DNA of 64,000 nt, from the NCBI GenBank assembly GCA_029261135.1, contig JAJDBX010000005.1, positions 2,231-66,230 on the forward strand, given 5' to 3'. The notes beneath the pieces were generated by a model. That model was not told where the DNA came from. It saw only the letters and a list, made by a program, of their open reading frames with translations, and ran no database searches. The DNA comes from Nitrospirota bacterium (lineage in GTDB: Bacteria > Nitrospirota > Nitrospiria > SBBL01 > JAADHI01). Below are positions 39,544-49,816 of this stretch, in pieces. Each line of letters opens with the position of its first letter. Positions within the stretch are counted from its first letter, which is position 1. The translations under genes and the position numbers were made by a program.

Positions 39544-40932
39544 ATGGATCAGATTATTCAGCTCGCTTATCTCCTTGCAGCCATTTCTTTTATCCTCGGT
39601 TTAAAATTTTTAAGTTCACCCGAGACAGCCGCACACGGCATGCTTTTGTCTCAGGGGGGCATGTTCATCGCGATTGTCGCGACCTTGCTCTACAACGGGG
39701 TGGTGAGTTATGGACTTATCCTGGGGGGTATCGTTGTGGGCTCAGCCGTCGGCGCAATTATGGCCACCAAGCTTCAAATGACGGATATGCCGCAAATGGT
39801 CGCTCTTTTAAACGGCTTTGGCGGTCTGGCCTCCGCCTTGGTTGCGGGGGCGGAGTTTTTTCGATCTCAAGCCAATTTAACCCCTTATCCGATGGTCACG
39901 ATTGCACTCACCTTGCTCATCGGCTTGGTCACCCTGACGGGCAGCTTGGTCGCCTTTGCAAAGTTACAAGAACTGATGCGCGGCGCACCGATTATTTTCC
40001 CTTTTCAGCACGGGATGAACCTGCTCTTTTTTTTAGCAACGCTGGGCCTTATTGCATCTCTTGCCATCACTCCTACTGCAACCCCCGTTTTTTGGGCCTT
40101 AATTGTGATCGCATCTATCTTGGGTGTTTTGGTCGTCATTCCCATCGGGGGGGGAGATATGCCGGTTGTCATCTCCCTATTAAATTCCTATTCCGGCATG
40201 GCCGCAGCCGCCAGTGGGTTTATTCTTAACAATAATGTGTTGATTATCAGTGGTTCTCTTGTAGGCTCGGCTGGTATTATTCTTTCACAATTAATGTGCA
40301 AGGCCATGAATCGTTCTCTCACCAATGTTTTATTTGCTGGATTTGGCCAGGTCAATACACCCTCTAAACCTGTATCCAGCCAAGGAAAACCTCAGGGCAC
40401 TCCAGAAGAAGTCCAAAGCTGCAGTCCTGAAGAAGCGGCAGCGTTTTTCAAAAAAGCCAAGTCGGTGATTATTGTTCCCGGCTATGGGATGGCGGTCGCA
40501 CAAGCCCAACATTCCGTGAAAGAACTGGCAAGCTATTTGGGAGACCAGGGGACTGATGTCCGATATGCGATACACCCAGTCGCCGGTCGCATGCCCGGCC
40601 ATATGAATGTGCTCTTGGCAGAAGCCAATGTGCCCTATGATCAGTTGATTGATATGGATGAAATTAATGAGGATTTTCCGGAAACCGATATCACACTGGT
40701 AATTGGCGCGAATGATGTGGTGAACCCCGCAGCCGATACCGATCCCGATAGCCCGATTTACGGGATGCCCATACTGCATGTTGATCAATCAAAACGGGTG
40801 ATGGTTTTAAAAAGAAGTATGAAACCCGGTTTTGCAGGGATCCAAAATCCGCTCTTTTTCAAAAAAAATACGATGATGATTTTCGGAGACGCCAAAGGGA
40901 CAATCGATCAGATTGCAAACGCCCTGAAGTAA
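39544..40932 (+). CDS. pntB: NAD(P) transhydrogenase beta subunit
   Basis: MPQMVALLNGFGG, IGGGDMPVVISLLNSYSG, PGYGMAVAQAQH, HPVAGRMPGHMNV. Confidence 0.97.
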   Translation: MDQIIQLAYLLAAISFILGLKFLSSPETAAHGMLLSQGGMFIAIVATLLYNGVVSYGLILGGIVVGSAVGAIMATKLQMTDMPQMVALLNGFGGLASALVAGAEFFRSQANLTPYPMVTIALTLLIGLVTLTGSLVAFAKLQELMRGAPIIFPFQHGMNLLFFLATLGLIASLAITPTATPVFWALIVIASILGVLVVIPIGGGDMPVVISLLNSYSGMAAAASGFILNNNVLIISGSLVGSAGIILSQLMCKAMNRSLTNVLFAGFGQVNTPSKPVSSQGKPQGTPEEVQSCSPEEAAAFFKKAKSVIIVPGYGMAVAQAQHSVKELASYLGDQGTDVRYAIHPVAGRMPGHMNVLLAEANVPYDQLIDMDEINEDFPETDITLVIGANDVVNPAADTDPDSPIYGMPILHVDQSKRVMVLKRSMKPGFAGIQNPLFFKKNTMMIFGDAKGTIDQIANALK

Positions 40933-40957
40933 CAAATCTTCTTTTCGCTTTAAGCCT

Positions 40958-41212
40958 TTATTTTTTTTCACCTACTTCGCCTTTTTTTGCTTTCTCATCT
41001 TTTTTTGCTTTTTTACGCTGTAAGGTCGTTTCATTATGAAAATGTTGGCTGATGCCGGTCCATGTGGCAAAAACATCTTCAAAGATGCCCTTTGAATCAA
41101 TATTGGTTCCCTTTTGAAGATGGACAAGCTTCGCGGTAAAAAGGGCATTGGTCAGAATCGCAGCAATGAGTTTGTTTTTTTCGACATCATCTTCTCTTGG
41201 AACAGAACGCAT
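40958..41212 (-). CDS. Hypothetical protein with a basic tail
   Basis: Strong SD AGGAGG upstream; fills the gap between pntB and dnaE. Confidence 0.6.
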   Translation of the reverse strand: MRSVPREDDVEKNKLIAAILTNALFTAKLVHLQKGTNIDSKGIFEDVFATWTGISQHFHNETTLQRKKAKKDEKAKKGEVGEKK

Positions 41213-41424
41213 TTTTTCCTCCTAACATATTGGATCTCTGTTTATATTCAAAATATTGAGACAATCTAGCATTATTATTGGTACTAATCATACCAACTTT
41301 AGCGGTCGTGTCCATAAGATTGAAGTGTTTTGACTGTATTTTAGGCCATGACTATAAAAATCTTACGGGTGTATTTCAAACACTTCATTATCACTCACCC
41401 TTTGTATTTTAACCGATTTGAGAC

Positions 41425-41453
41425 TTGACGATTATATGCCATCAATTTAGAAT
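41425..41453 (+). promoter_or_regulatory. Sigma70 promoter of dnaE (leaderless arrangement)
   Basis: TTGACG - 17 nt - TAGAAT, then 6 nt to the ATG at 41460; no SD. Confidence 0.65.
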
Positions 41454-41459
41454 GCCCGC

Positions 41460-44400
41460 ATGGTACAAGAATTTGTTCACCTCCATCTTCACACCGAATA
41501 TAGCCTACTGGACGGGGCCAACAGGGTTTCTCCACTGATCTCATCGGCAAAAGACTTCGGCATGCCTGCCATTGCGATTACAGACCACGGCAACCTTTTT
41601 GGGGCCATTGAGTTTTATCGAAAAGCAAAACAAGCGGGCATCAAACCCATTATCGGTTGTGAGGCCTATCTCGCGCCCCGGAGCCGCTTCGACAAAGAAG
41701 GCCATGGGACGGGTTCGGATGATTACGATACAGCGATCGCCTCAAATCCCTACTATCACTTGATTCTATTGGCCTCAAACTTAACCGGGTATAAAAACCT
41801 GATGAAGCTGGTTTCCATCGCAAACATGGAAGGGTTTTATTACAAACCCAGAATCGACAAAGAAATTCTAGAGCAACATGCAGAGGGTTTGGTCGGGCTT
41901 TCGGGTTGTCTTCGTGGTGAAATCCCTTACCTTTTGGCACGAGACCTTAAAAAAGAAGCCTATGCGGCAGCAGATGATTATCAAAGAATTTTTGGAAAAG
42001 AACATTTTTTCATTGAAATTCAGGATAATGGTTTAGACCTTCAGGTGAAGGTCAATCGGCAATTGATTGAACTGGCCAAACAGAAAGACATTCCCATTGT
42101 TGCGACCAACGATTGCCACTATCTCCACAAAGAAGATGCCCATGCCCACGACGTCATGCTCTGCCTACAAACGGGAAAAACCTTCAACATGCCCAACCGC
42201 ATGCGCTTTGAAACCAAGGAACTTTATTTAAAATCGGCTGATGAAATGGTCAGGGCTTTTTCTGAAATTCCTCAATCAATCACCAATACCTTGAGAATTG
42301 CCGAGATGATTGATCTCGACCTCACTTTTGGCAAAGCACACATGCCGCAATACACACCACCCGCTGGTATGACCCTTGAAACCTATCTTGAATCGCTTTC
42401 AGAAAAGGGACTTTCCTGGCGATTGAAACAATTGAACGGCAGTGCTGAAACACAGCGTCCACGATACGAAGCAAGATTAAAACAAGAGCTGGACATTATC
42501 AATGCCATGGGCTATCCCGGTTATTTTTTGATTGTCTGGGACATTATCAATTATGCCCGTCAATCACAGATTCCCGTCGGGCCGGGCCGTGGTTCCGCCG
42601 CCGGAAGCCTGGTGGCTTACGCCCTGGGGATCACTGACATCGACCCGATAACAAACGGCCTCATCTTTGAGCGCTTTTTAAATCCGGAACGCGTCTCGCT
42701 TCCCGATATCGACATGGATTTTTGTATGGATCGACGGGAAGAGGTGATTCAATACGTAAACGAAAAATACGGCTCAGACCATGTTTGTCAAATCATTACC
42801 TTCGGCACAATGGCTGCCAAAGGCGCCTTGCGTGATGTGGGTCGGGTGCTCGAAATTCCTTACGCCGATGTCGATCGCATCGCAAAGCTGGTTCCGAACA
42901 CCTTGAACATCACCCTGGATGAGGCTTTGGCCCAAGAGCCAAAATTTGAAGAAGAAAAAAGAAACAACCCCAAGGTGGGGGAACTCATTGAAATGGCCAA
43001 ACAGTTGGAAGGCCTCTCCCGCCATGCCTCAACCCATGCCGCAGGGGTCGTGATTTCTGATGCGCCCCTCACCGATCATGTCCCGCTTTATCGGGGGAGC
43101 AAAGGGGAAACGGTAACCCAGTACCCCATGGGGGATATTGAAAAAATCGGACTCATCAAGTTCGACTTTTTGGGTCTTCGTACATTGACGGTCATCGACC
43201 TCGCGCTGAAGATGGTGAACAAAACAGAGAAGGAAGGCACGAGTCCGCTGAAGGCATCGGACATCCCTCTGACAGACCCAGAAACCTATGCCCTGCTCGG
43301 TTCTGGAGAGACAACCGGCATTTTCCAATTGGAAAGTGCCGGGATGCGTGATTTGTTGATTAAAATGCAGCCTGAAACTTTTGAAGACGTTACGGCGATT
43401 TTGGCGCTTTATCGCCCTGGGCCCATCGGGAGTGGCATGGTCGATGATTTCATCAAAAGAAAACAGGGTAAGAAAAAGATTAAATACGACCATCCCAAGC
43501 TCGAAGAAATCCTCAAAGAAACCTATGGGGTCATTGTTTATCAGGAACAGGTCATGAAGATCGCCAATTCTCTCGCGGGTTTTTCACTCGGAGAAGCTGA
43601 TTTGCTTCGCCGTGCGATGGGTAAAAAAAAGGTCGAAGAAATGGCCGCTCAAAAAGCACTTTTTATAGAGCGTGCTGTCGAAAAGAAAGTGAAGCCCGCC
43701 AAAGCCGAAAAGATTTTTGACCTCATGGAATATTTTGCCGGTTACGGTTTTAACAAATCGCACTCCGCTGCCTATGCCTTGGTGACTTTCCAAACGGCCT
43801 ATTTAAAGGCCCATTATCCGGAACAATTTATGGCAGCATTGCTTTCCTGCGAGATGGGCAACTCGGACAAAGTGGTAAACTACATAACAGAATGCCGGCG
43901 CATGAGCATTGAGATACTCCCTCCGGATGTGAATGAGAGTGAGAAAGCCTTTACGGTCGTCTCCGAAGGTATTCGTTTCGGGCTCGCCGCGATTAAAAAT
44001 GTCGGCGGAGGCGCGGTGGATTCTGTGATTGAATCTCGCGAAGAAAAAGGATCCTTCTCGTCCATTTTTGATTTTTGTCGAAAAATTGATTTGAGACGGG
44101 TGAATAAGCGTGTCATTGAGGCCTTGGTTTATTGTGGGGCCTTTGATACGACCCAAGCAAAGAGAAAGGCCCTGATGGAAGTCATGGAGCAGGCGATGCA
44201 GTTGGCCACTTTACATAAAAAGGAAGTGGATAGTGGTCAGTTGTCGATATTTGGCGGTGCAACTTCGGGAGAACATAATCCTGTTGATCCGGTTTTACCA
44301 GAGATTGATGAATGGGACGACCGTCAAATCGCAAAACTGGAAAAAGAATCCATCGGATTTTATATCACCTGTCACCCTTTAACAGGCTTTGAATCCGTCA

Positions 44401-44954
44401 TGAAAACACGATCGGTCACCCAGAGCGATGCCCTAAGCACCATACAGGATAACCGTGAACTCCGTATTTGCGGCATGATCATTCAAAAAAAAGTGGCCAC
44501 CACAAAGCGCGGTGAAAAAATGGCTTATCTTCGCATCGAAGACTTGGTCGGAAGCGTTGAAGTCATTGTTTTTCCAGACTTATATCGCTCATCGGCTTTC
44601 CTGTTTGATCAAGACATCCCGCTCTTGGTCAATGGGACACTTGATCAGGGAGATAAAGGCATCAAACTCAAAGCGACCATGATTCTCCCCTTGGAAAAGA
44701 AAAACAAAGTGACCATTGTGTTATCATCGAAGCAGGTTTCTCCTGAGGAGATTAATAGACTGAATCAAGTTTTGGAAGAATTTCCTGGGGAAATCCCTGT
44801 TTTTTTGAAAATTCGGGTACCGGATGGGGATCGATTTTCGACTGAATCGACCATCGCCCTGGACACCCGATTAAATGTGGATGCTTCTGAGCAATTGAAA
44901 ACCAAATTAGAAAAGATGTTCGGGAAAAAGGCCATTTTTTCCGAAGCGCTCTAG
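41460..44954 (+). CDS. dnaE: DNA polymerase III alpha subunit
   Basis: HLHLHTEYSLLDG, GPGRGSAAGS, PDIDMDF, KFDFLGL, YGFNKSH, QLSIF clamp motif; no intein seen. Confidence 0.98.
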   Translation: MVQEFVHLHLHTEYSLLDGANRVSPLISSAKDFGMPAIAITDHGNLFGAIEFYRKAKQAGIKPIIGCEAYLAPRSRFDKEGHGTGSDDYDTAIASNPYYHLILLASNLTGYKNLMKLVSIANMEGFYYKPRIDKEILEQHAEGLVGLSGCLRGEIPYLLARDLKKEAYAAADDYQRIFGKEHFFIEIQDNGLDLQVKVNRQLIELAKQKDIPIVATNDCHYLHKEDAHAHDVMLCLQTGKTFNMPNRMRFETKELYLKSADEMVRAFSEIPQSITNTLRIAEMIDLDLTFGKAHMPQYTPPAGMTLETYLESLSEKGLSWRLKQLNGSAETQRPRYEARLKQELDIINAMGYPGYFLIVWDIINYARQSQIPVGPGRGSAAGSLVAYALGITDIDPITNGLIFERFLNPERVSLPDIDMDFCMDRREEVIQYVNEKYGSDHVCQIITFGTMAAKGALRDVGRVLEIPYADVDRIAKLVPNTLNITLDEALAQEPKFEEEKRNNPKVGELIEMAKQLEGLSRHASTHAAGVVISDAPLTDHVPLYRGSKGETVTQYPMGDIEKIGLIKFDFLGLRTLTVIDLALKMVNKTEKEGTSPLKASDIPLTDPETYALLGSGETTGIFQLESAGMRDLLIKMQPETFEDVTAILALYRPGPIGSGMVDDFIKRKQGKKKIKYDHPKLEEILKETYGVIVYQEQVMKIANSLAGFSLGEADLLRRAMGKKKVEEMAAQKALFIERAVEKKVKPAKAEKIFDLMEYFAGYGFNKSHSAAYALVTFQTAYLKAHYPEQFMAALLSCEMGNSDKVVNYITECRRMSIEILPPDVNESEKAFTVVSEGIRFGLAAIKNVGGGAVDSVIESREEKGSFSSIFDFCRKIDLRRVNKRVIEALVYCGAFDTTQAKRKALMEVMEQAMQLATLHKKEVDSGQLSIFGGATSGEHNPVDPVLPEIDEWDDRQIAKLEKESIGFYITCHPLTGFESVMKTRSVTQSDALSTIQDNRELRICGMIIQKKVATTKRGEKMAYLRIEDLVGSVEVIVFPDLYRSSAFLFDQDIPLLVNGTLDQGDKGIKLKATMILPLEKKNKVTIVLSSKQVSPEEINRLNQVLEEFPGEIPVFLKIRVPDGDRFSTESTIALDTRLNVDASEQLKTKLEKMFGKKAIFSEAL

Positions 44955-45114
44955 GGGGCATTCTCAATTAACTGGGAGAGTACATTTTCTAGGGATTTTC
45001 TATTCTGACAAGGCTGTTTTTGTACGCAATGCCAGCCATTGCAAAGAAAAATTAACGCAGTCAGGGCTGAAAATAATAGAAAAGGAACCGTTCACGTTAA
45101 TTGAGAACGCCCCC
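44954..45114. mobile_element. MITE-like element (161 bp)
   Basis: 19-bp TIRs GGGGGCATTCTCAATTAAC / GTTAATTGAGAACGCCCCC (1 mismatch), flanked by TA on both sides; non-coding interior. Confidence 0.8.
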
Positions 45115-45137
45115 TAAGCATTTGTGTTGAGGTTCTG

Positions 45138-46088
45138 ATGAAAGAATATCTCGATTTTGAAGCCCCTGTCGTGAAAATCCTTGAAAAAATCGATCAACTG
45201 AAAGACTTAGGCAAAACCAATCCCCGTCGCATGGAAGAAATTCCAATTCTCCAAAAAAAGGTCAAGGAGCTTCAAAGTGAAATTTACGCAAAATTAAGTC
45301 CTTGGCAAGTGACCCAATTGGCCCGACATCCCGGACGTCCCGGGACATCGGATTATCTCGAAATGATTTTTGAAGATTTTATCGAGCTCCATGGCGATCG
45401 GCTCTACGGAGACGACAAGTCCATCATCAGCGGGATGGCCCGTATCGAGGGTCGCTCTGTAATGGTGATTGGTCACGAAAAAGGAAAGGGTGTGAAAGAT
45501 CGCATCGCCCATCATTTTGGCATGCCACATCCGGAAGGGTATCGAAAAGCACTTCGCATGATGCAATTGGCCGAAAAATTCAATAAACCAATTATCACCT
45601 TTGTGGATACGCCGGGAGCCTATCCAGGAGTCGAGGCAGAAGAGCGCGGTCAGTCTGAAGCCATTGCGCGAAATTTGATGGTCATGTCACAACTGAGTGT
45701 CCCCATTATTTCTGTGGTTATTGGAGAAGGTGGGAGCGGCGGGGCGCTTGCGATTTCTGTCGCCGATAGAATGCTGATGTTGGAATATGCGATTTATTCC
45801 GTGATCTCTCCTGAAGGCTGTGCCGCAATATTGTGGGATGATCCAGCTAAAACCTCTGAAGCCGCAGAGAGCCTCCGTCTTACATCGAAAAATCTGCTCA
45901 AATTAGGTATTATTGAAGGCATCATCTCGGAGCCTTCAGGGGGCGCACATCATAATCCCATAGAAATAGCTGAATCTGTTTCATTAACCATCTGCAAGCA
46001 GTTGAGCGCCTTAGAATCCATCCCGCCTGAAGAGCGTGTCAAACAACGCTACGCGCGTTTACGAAAGATCGGTGCTTTTACAGAGTAA
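45138..46088 (+). CDS. accA: Acetyl-CoA carboxylase carboxyltransferase alpha
   Basis: YLDFEAP, ELHGDR, PEGYRKALR, AEERGQ, GEGGSGGALA, ISPEGCAAILW. Confidence 0.97.
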   Translation: MKEYLDFEAPVVKILEKIDQLKDLGKTNPRRMEEIPILQKKVKELQSEIYAKLSPWQVTQLARHPGRPGTSDYLEMIFEDFIELHGDRLYGDDKSIISGMARIEGRSVMVIGHEKGKGVKDRIAHHFGMPHPEGYRKALRMMQLAEKFNKPIITFVDTPGAYPGVEAEERGQSEAIARNLMVMSQLSVPIISVVIGEGGSGGALAISVADRMLMLEYAIYSVISPEGCAAILWDDPAKTSEAAESLRLTSKNLLKLGIIEGIISEPSGGAHHNPIEIAESVSLTICKQLSALESIPPEERVKQRYARLRKIGAFTE

Positions 46089-46216
46089 TCCCACGAACCA
46101 TTTCTATCTCTATTGTCTCCCCGAAGCTTAAGCACGACAAGAACCTTCCCCTATTCCTTCTTTTTCTGCTATTCTGTCTAAACTGTATTGTCTTCACAGG
46201 AATTTAAGGCGGTTTC

Positions 46217-46870
46217 GTGACCTCTCAGCGTTTTCACGATTCAAATGATGACCCCTTCGCCCGCGTACTGTTTTTTTCTGTCTTCCTGCACTATATTATT
46301 TTTTTGATTTTGTTTGGAAATCCTTTCCTTTTGAATTGGGAGAACGGGCGTAATCCTCCCAGCTTAGATCGGCGTTTTGAAGTTCATCTGCTTAATTTTC
46401 CAGGGATGGGTGATTCCAGAAGTCCTGGCGCACTTTCCAGGGAAAAAGGGCTGAAAGGCTTGGGGAGTTCTCCTGAAAATGGAAGACACCCTCCAAAAAT
46501 AAAAATGCTGGGTCTCTTCCCCCAAGAGGTTTCAGGGGAAGAGGTTAAAAACAGGGCGCTCAAAGAGCAAGATGCAGAAGCCCTTGGAAATGCCCAGAGA
46601 AAAACCCAGAATCCTTCAGAGATCCCAGATTTGAAATTCGGCATCACAAATCAAACCCTAAAACAAAAATTGAAGACAGCAACCTTAAACCCTGAAGGGA
46701 AAGACTTGTTGTCGGATGAGCCTCTCCCTATGGTGACCACAAAAAAACCACCCCCCAATATGACAGGACCCGCCGACTGTATGATTAAGGTTGTCGGCAT
46801 GGTTTGTCCCAATGGCGATCCAAAATGTATCGTCGCCTATACTGCATTTTGTGCCAGTTTACCGAAGTAA
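46217..46870 (+). CDS. Hypothetical membrane-anchored protein with a 4-Cys C-terminus
   Basis: N-terminal TM (FFSVFLHYIIFLILF), Pro/Gly/Lys-rich linker, CMIKVVGMVCPNGDPKCIVAYTAFC. Confidence 0.6.
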   Translation: MTSQRFHDSNDDPFARVLFFSVFLHYIIFLILFGNPFLLNWENGRNPPSLDRRFEVHLLNFPGMGDSRSPGALSREKGLKGLGSSPENGRHPPKIKMLGLFPQEVSGEEVKNRALKEQDAEALGNAQRKTQNPSEIPDLKFGITNQTLKQKLKTATLNPEGKDLLSDEPLPMVTTKKPPPNMTGPADCMIKVVGMVCPNGDPKCIVAYTAFCASLPK

Positions 46871-47701
46871 TGTTTTCTTAACCTCCTCTCTGTAAAGGTT
46901 CCATTCACGACAAGCATATTTTTCTTTGATCAGCTGATCGACAATTTTTTGTTCGGAAAGAGAGAGTCTACCGGGCTTTAATTCAATTGAAAGGGCTTCT
47001 TCAAACCCTTTTGTCAAAATTTGAATCAATAACTCCCTTGAGGGTGGGGACGCCTTAAGCTCTGAAAGGCTTATCTGGTTAAGAGAAACAAAAGCATCTT
47101 TCGGTACTTGATCAGAACTGAGATCTAATAGGCTTTTCTCAATAACGAGCGAGCCATGCTGTAAAAAATGTGACTTCCACCGCCGTTGCGCGCTCCCGAT
47201 GAGCTTCTTCCGATTTGCAGTGATTTCATACCAGGAGACCGCGTCAAAACATAGCGGATTTTTCTGTTTTGAGGGGGAACGACCTGCATGTGAAACGACC
47301 TCGGCATCCATATTCAGTTGATGCAATCCTTTTAAAAATCCATGGGCAATGGATTGGAAGGTGCCTTTAATCCCGGATGAAAATAGCGCATCATGCGTGC
47401 TAGCGGTGATCGAATAGGTCAGTTCCTTATCGTGTAAAAGCCCTCTCCCCCCCGTGATACGCCGGATGATAGGAACCGCGTGCTTTTCCAAAGCGCTGAT
47501 CCAGTCTTCGTTCAGCATTTGAAATGAACCGATCGAAAAGCTGGGTTGTTCCCAGGCATAAAAACGAAGCGTCGGTGGAGATTCACCCTTAGAAAAGGTC
47601 AGTGCGATGGCTTCATCTATGGCCATATTGGTCGCCGCAGATTGGGGTTTATCAATGATAAGACGCCAGCTTGTACGATTCAATCTGTCAATCTCTCCCA
47701 A
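46859..47701 (-). CDS. Lipoate-protein ligase / octanoyltransferase family
   Basis: NMAIDEA, LRFYAW, RRITGGRGLLH, KLIGSAQRR, LQHGS. Confidence 0.9.
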   Translation of the reverse strand: MGEIDRLNRTSWRLIIDKPQSAATNMAIDEAIALTFSKGESPPTLRFYAWEQPSFSIGSFQMLNEDWISALEKHAVPIIRRITGGRGLLHDKELTYSITASTHDALFSSGIKGTFQSIAHGFLKGLHQLNMDAEVVSHAGRSPSKQKNPLCFDAVSWYEITANRKKLIGSAQRRWKSHFLQHGSLVIEKSLLDLSSDQVPKDAFVSLNQISLSELKASPPSRELLIQILTKGFEEALSIELKPGRLSLSEQKIVDQLIKEKYACREWNLYREEVKKTLLR

Positions 47702-47833
47702 ATACGAAACTTAAGACATTTGAATTGCTTTGATGCTCTTGCAAGTCTGACGATCTTATCTTATATTATACGGATTCAAGCAATGCGGCAATCTCATACA
47801 GGGATGATGCACTAAAGAAAGGGGCTAAGCACT

Positions 47834-48886
47834 ATGCGCACGGAAATTGAAAAATTACTCGCTGATGAAGCAGAAGATCTTCTCTCACATAATTGTAAAA
47901 CGATTCCTAAAGAACAGCTCAACCTACCGGGTTCTGACTTCATCGATCGTGTCGTTTCATTGTCTGACCGCCCTGTCGCCGTACTCAACAATCTTTCTCG
48001 TCTATTTCAGCATGGCCGTCTGGCGGGGACAGGCTATGTTTCCATCCTGCCCGTTGATCAAGGCATTGAGCATTCGGCAGGGGCATCCTTTTCACCAAAT
48101 CCTGTTTGTTTTGATCCAGAGGGCATTATTCAATTGGCGATTGAAGGAGGATGTAATGCCGTTGCTTCTACGCTCGGCGTGCTGGGATCTCTCGCCAGAA
48201 AATATGCCCACAAGATTCCTTTTATTTTAAAATTCAATCACAACGAATTTATTTCGTACCCCAATGGCTACGACCAAATACAGTTTGCAAGTATGAAGCA
48301 GGCTTTTGATTTGGGGGCGGCTGGCGTGGGTGCGACGATTTATTTTGGTTCTCCGGAATCAAAACGACAAATTCAAGAGGTTTCCGTCGCGTTTAAGCAA
48401 GCACATGACTTAGGCATGTTTACCGTGCTCTGGTGTTACCTTCGCAATAGTGCCTTTAAGACTTCCGAAGCAGATTATCATGCCGCAGCAGATTTAACCG
48501 GCCAGGCCAACCATCTGGGGGTGACGATAGGGGCCGACATCATTAAGCAGAAACTCCCAGAGTGCAACGGGGGATATCAGGCATTGAAATTTGGAAAAAC
48601 CCATAAAAAAGTCTACGACGAACTTTCATCGGATCACCCCATTGATTTAACCCGATACCAACTGGCTAATTGCTATATGGGGCGCGCGGGCTTGATCAAT
48701 TCAGGTGGCGCATCCGGGAAAAATGATCTTGCAGATGCGGTAAAAACCGCAGTGATTAACAAGCGGGCGGGCGGAACAGGATTGATCTCAGGACGTAAAG
48801 CCTTTCAGAAACCGATGGCAGAAGGCATCCAACTACTTAATGCGATTCAAAATGTTTATCTCTGCGAAGAAATTACTGTCGCCTAA
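47834..48886 (+). CDS. fbaB: Class I fructose-bisphosphate aldolase
   Basis: [43 protein letters not shown]. Confidence 0.96.
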   Translation: MRTEIEKLLADEAEDLLSHNCKTIPKEQLNLPGSDFIDRVVSLSDRPVAVLNNLSRLFQHGRLAGTGYVSILPVDQGIEHSAGASFSPNPVCFDPEGIIQLAIEGGCNAVASTLGVLGSLARKYAHKIPFILKFNHNEFISYPNGYDQIQFASMKQAFDLGAAGVGATIYFGSPESKRQIQEVSVAFKQAHDLGMFTVLWCYLRNSAFKTSEADYHAAADLTGQANHLGVTIGADIIKQKLPECNGGYQALKFGKTHKKVYDELSSDHPIDLTRYQLANCYMGRAGLINSGGASGKNDLADAVKTAVINKRAGGTGLISGRKAFQKPMAEGIQLLNAIQNVYLCEEITVA

Positions 48887-48903
48887 AAACTTCCAAAATA
48901 TTC

Positions 48904-49767
48904 TCATGTTTCTGTTTTCAAAGCAGAGAAAGATTCGACAAAAGGACGATCATGATCCCTCATTGACTCGGATAAGGCCTCAGCAATCTCATCACGAAGA
49001 AAAAATGTGGGGATTTGAAGGGCATCTTTTTCTTGAATCATCGGCAGGGCTTGAGCTTCATTCCATTTTTTGAAGTGTGGCACAAGAATTTTTTCAATTT
49101 CAATTGTCATTTGCTCACGCAGGATCTCCAAAAGTTCCCACAGAAAGACCTCTTCTTTTTCTAAAACCATCTCCGTTCCCGTGAAAACGGCCACAGTCAT
49201 ATGAATGGGATACTCTTGGCTTGTTTTGCTGACCTTGATCTCAGGGCCGAGGTGGTCTTGAAGCGATTTTAAGGTCGTTTCAATGAGAACAACATCGCTA
49301 TTTTTTTTCGCTTTCTCCCGAAATTGAAGCACACCTCGAAAACCTTCTTGAATTGCCGCCGCTACGACTGTCGCCAGCTTATGTGAGCCTGGGCTTTGAC
49401 TTTCCTTCGGACAGGAGATCAAAGTCAATGCCCGAAGCTGATGATCTGCTGCAAGACGAAAAATAACACGGGCGATGTGATAGTTCGCCCCTCTGATCGC
49501 AATGGACGGGATAGGGTCAGCTGATGATTTTTCTAGGAATGGGGTTCCGTTCAGGTGGATACCCAAGGGTGTGGCGAGCATCTTAATGATCCATCTTGCC
49601 ATGCCCCGCATTTCTACTTTTTCGTGAAAGGCTGCAGTCCATACTAAGCGGTCGATGAGGGGGCCACGGATGCGCTTCTCATCTAAAACTCGAACCCTGC
49701 CGTTTGAGATATCGACGATGCCTTTGAGGGTATCGCCCACTTGGCTCATGGTTTGAAAGCACGACAT
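48904..49767 (-). CDS. Degenerate, shortened class II fructose-bisphosphate aldolase-like protein
   Basis: IDRLVWTAAF..ARWII..LGIH, IPSIAIRGANYHIARVIFR and ATVVAAAIQEGFRG recall the long class II FBA of Nitrospirota/Desulfobacterota, but the following QGDH metal motif is missing. Confidence 0.6.
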   Translation of the reverse strand: MSCFQTMSQVGDTLKGIVDISNGRVRVLDEKRIRGPLIDRLVWTAAFHEKVEMRGMARWIIKMLATPLGIHLNGTPFLEKSSADPIPSIAIRGANYHIARVIFRLAADHQLRALTLISCPKESQSPGSHKLATVVAAAIQEGFRGVLQFREKAKKNSDVVLIETTLKSLQDHLGPEIKVSKTSQEYPIHMTVAVFTGTEMVLEKEEVFLWELLEILREQMTIEIEKILVPHFKKWNEAQALPMIQEKDALQIPTFFLRDEIAEALSESMRDHDRPFVESFSALKTET

Positions 49768-49816
49768 CTTTTTTTCAATATTTCCGTGAGACAGATTTGT
49801 TCAAAGAGTGAATGGA

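Noticed and set aside
41460-44954. Intein or split in dnaE
   Set aside because: Normal length and continuous motifs.
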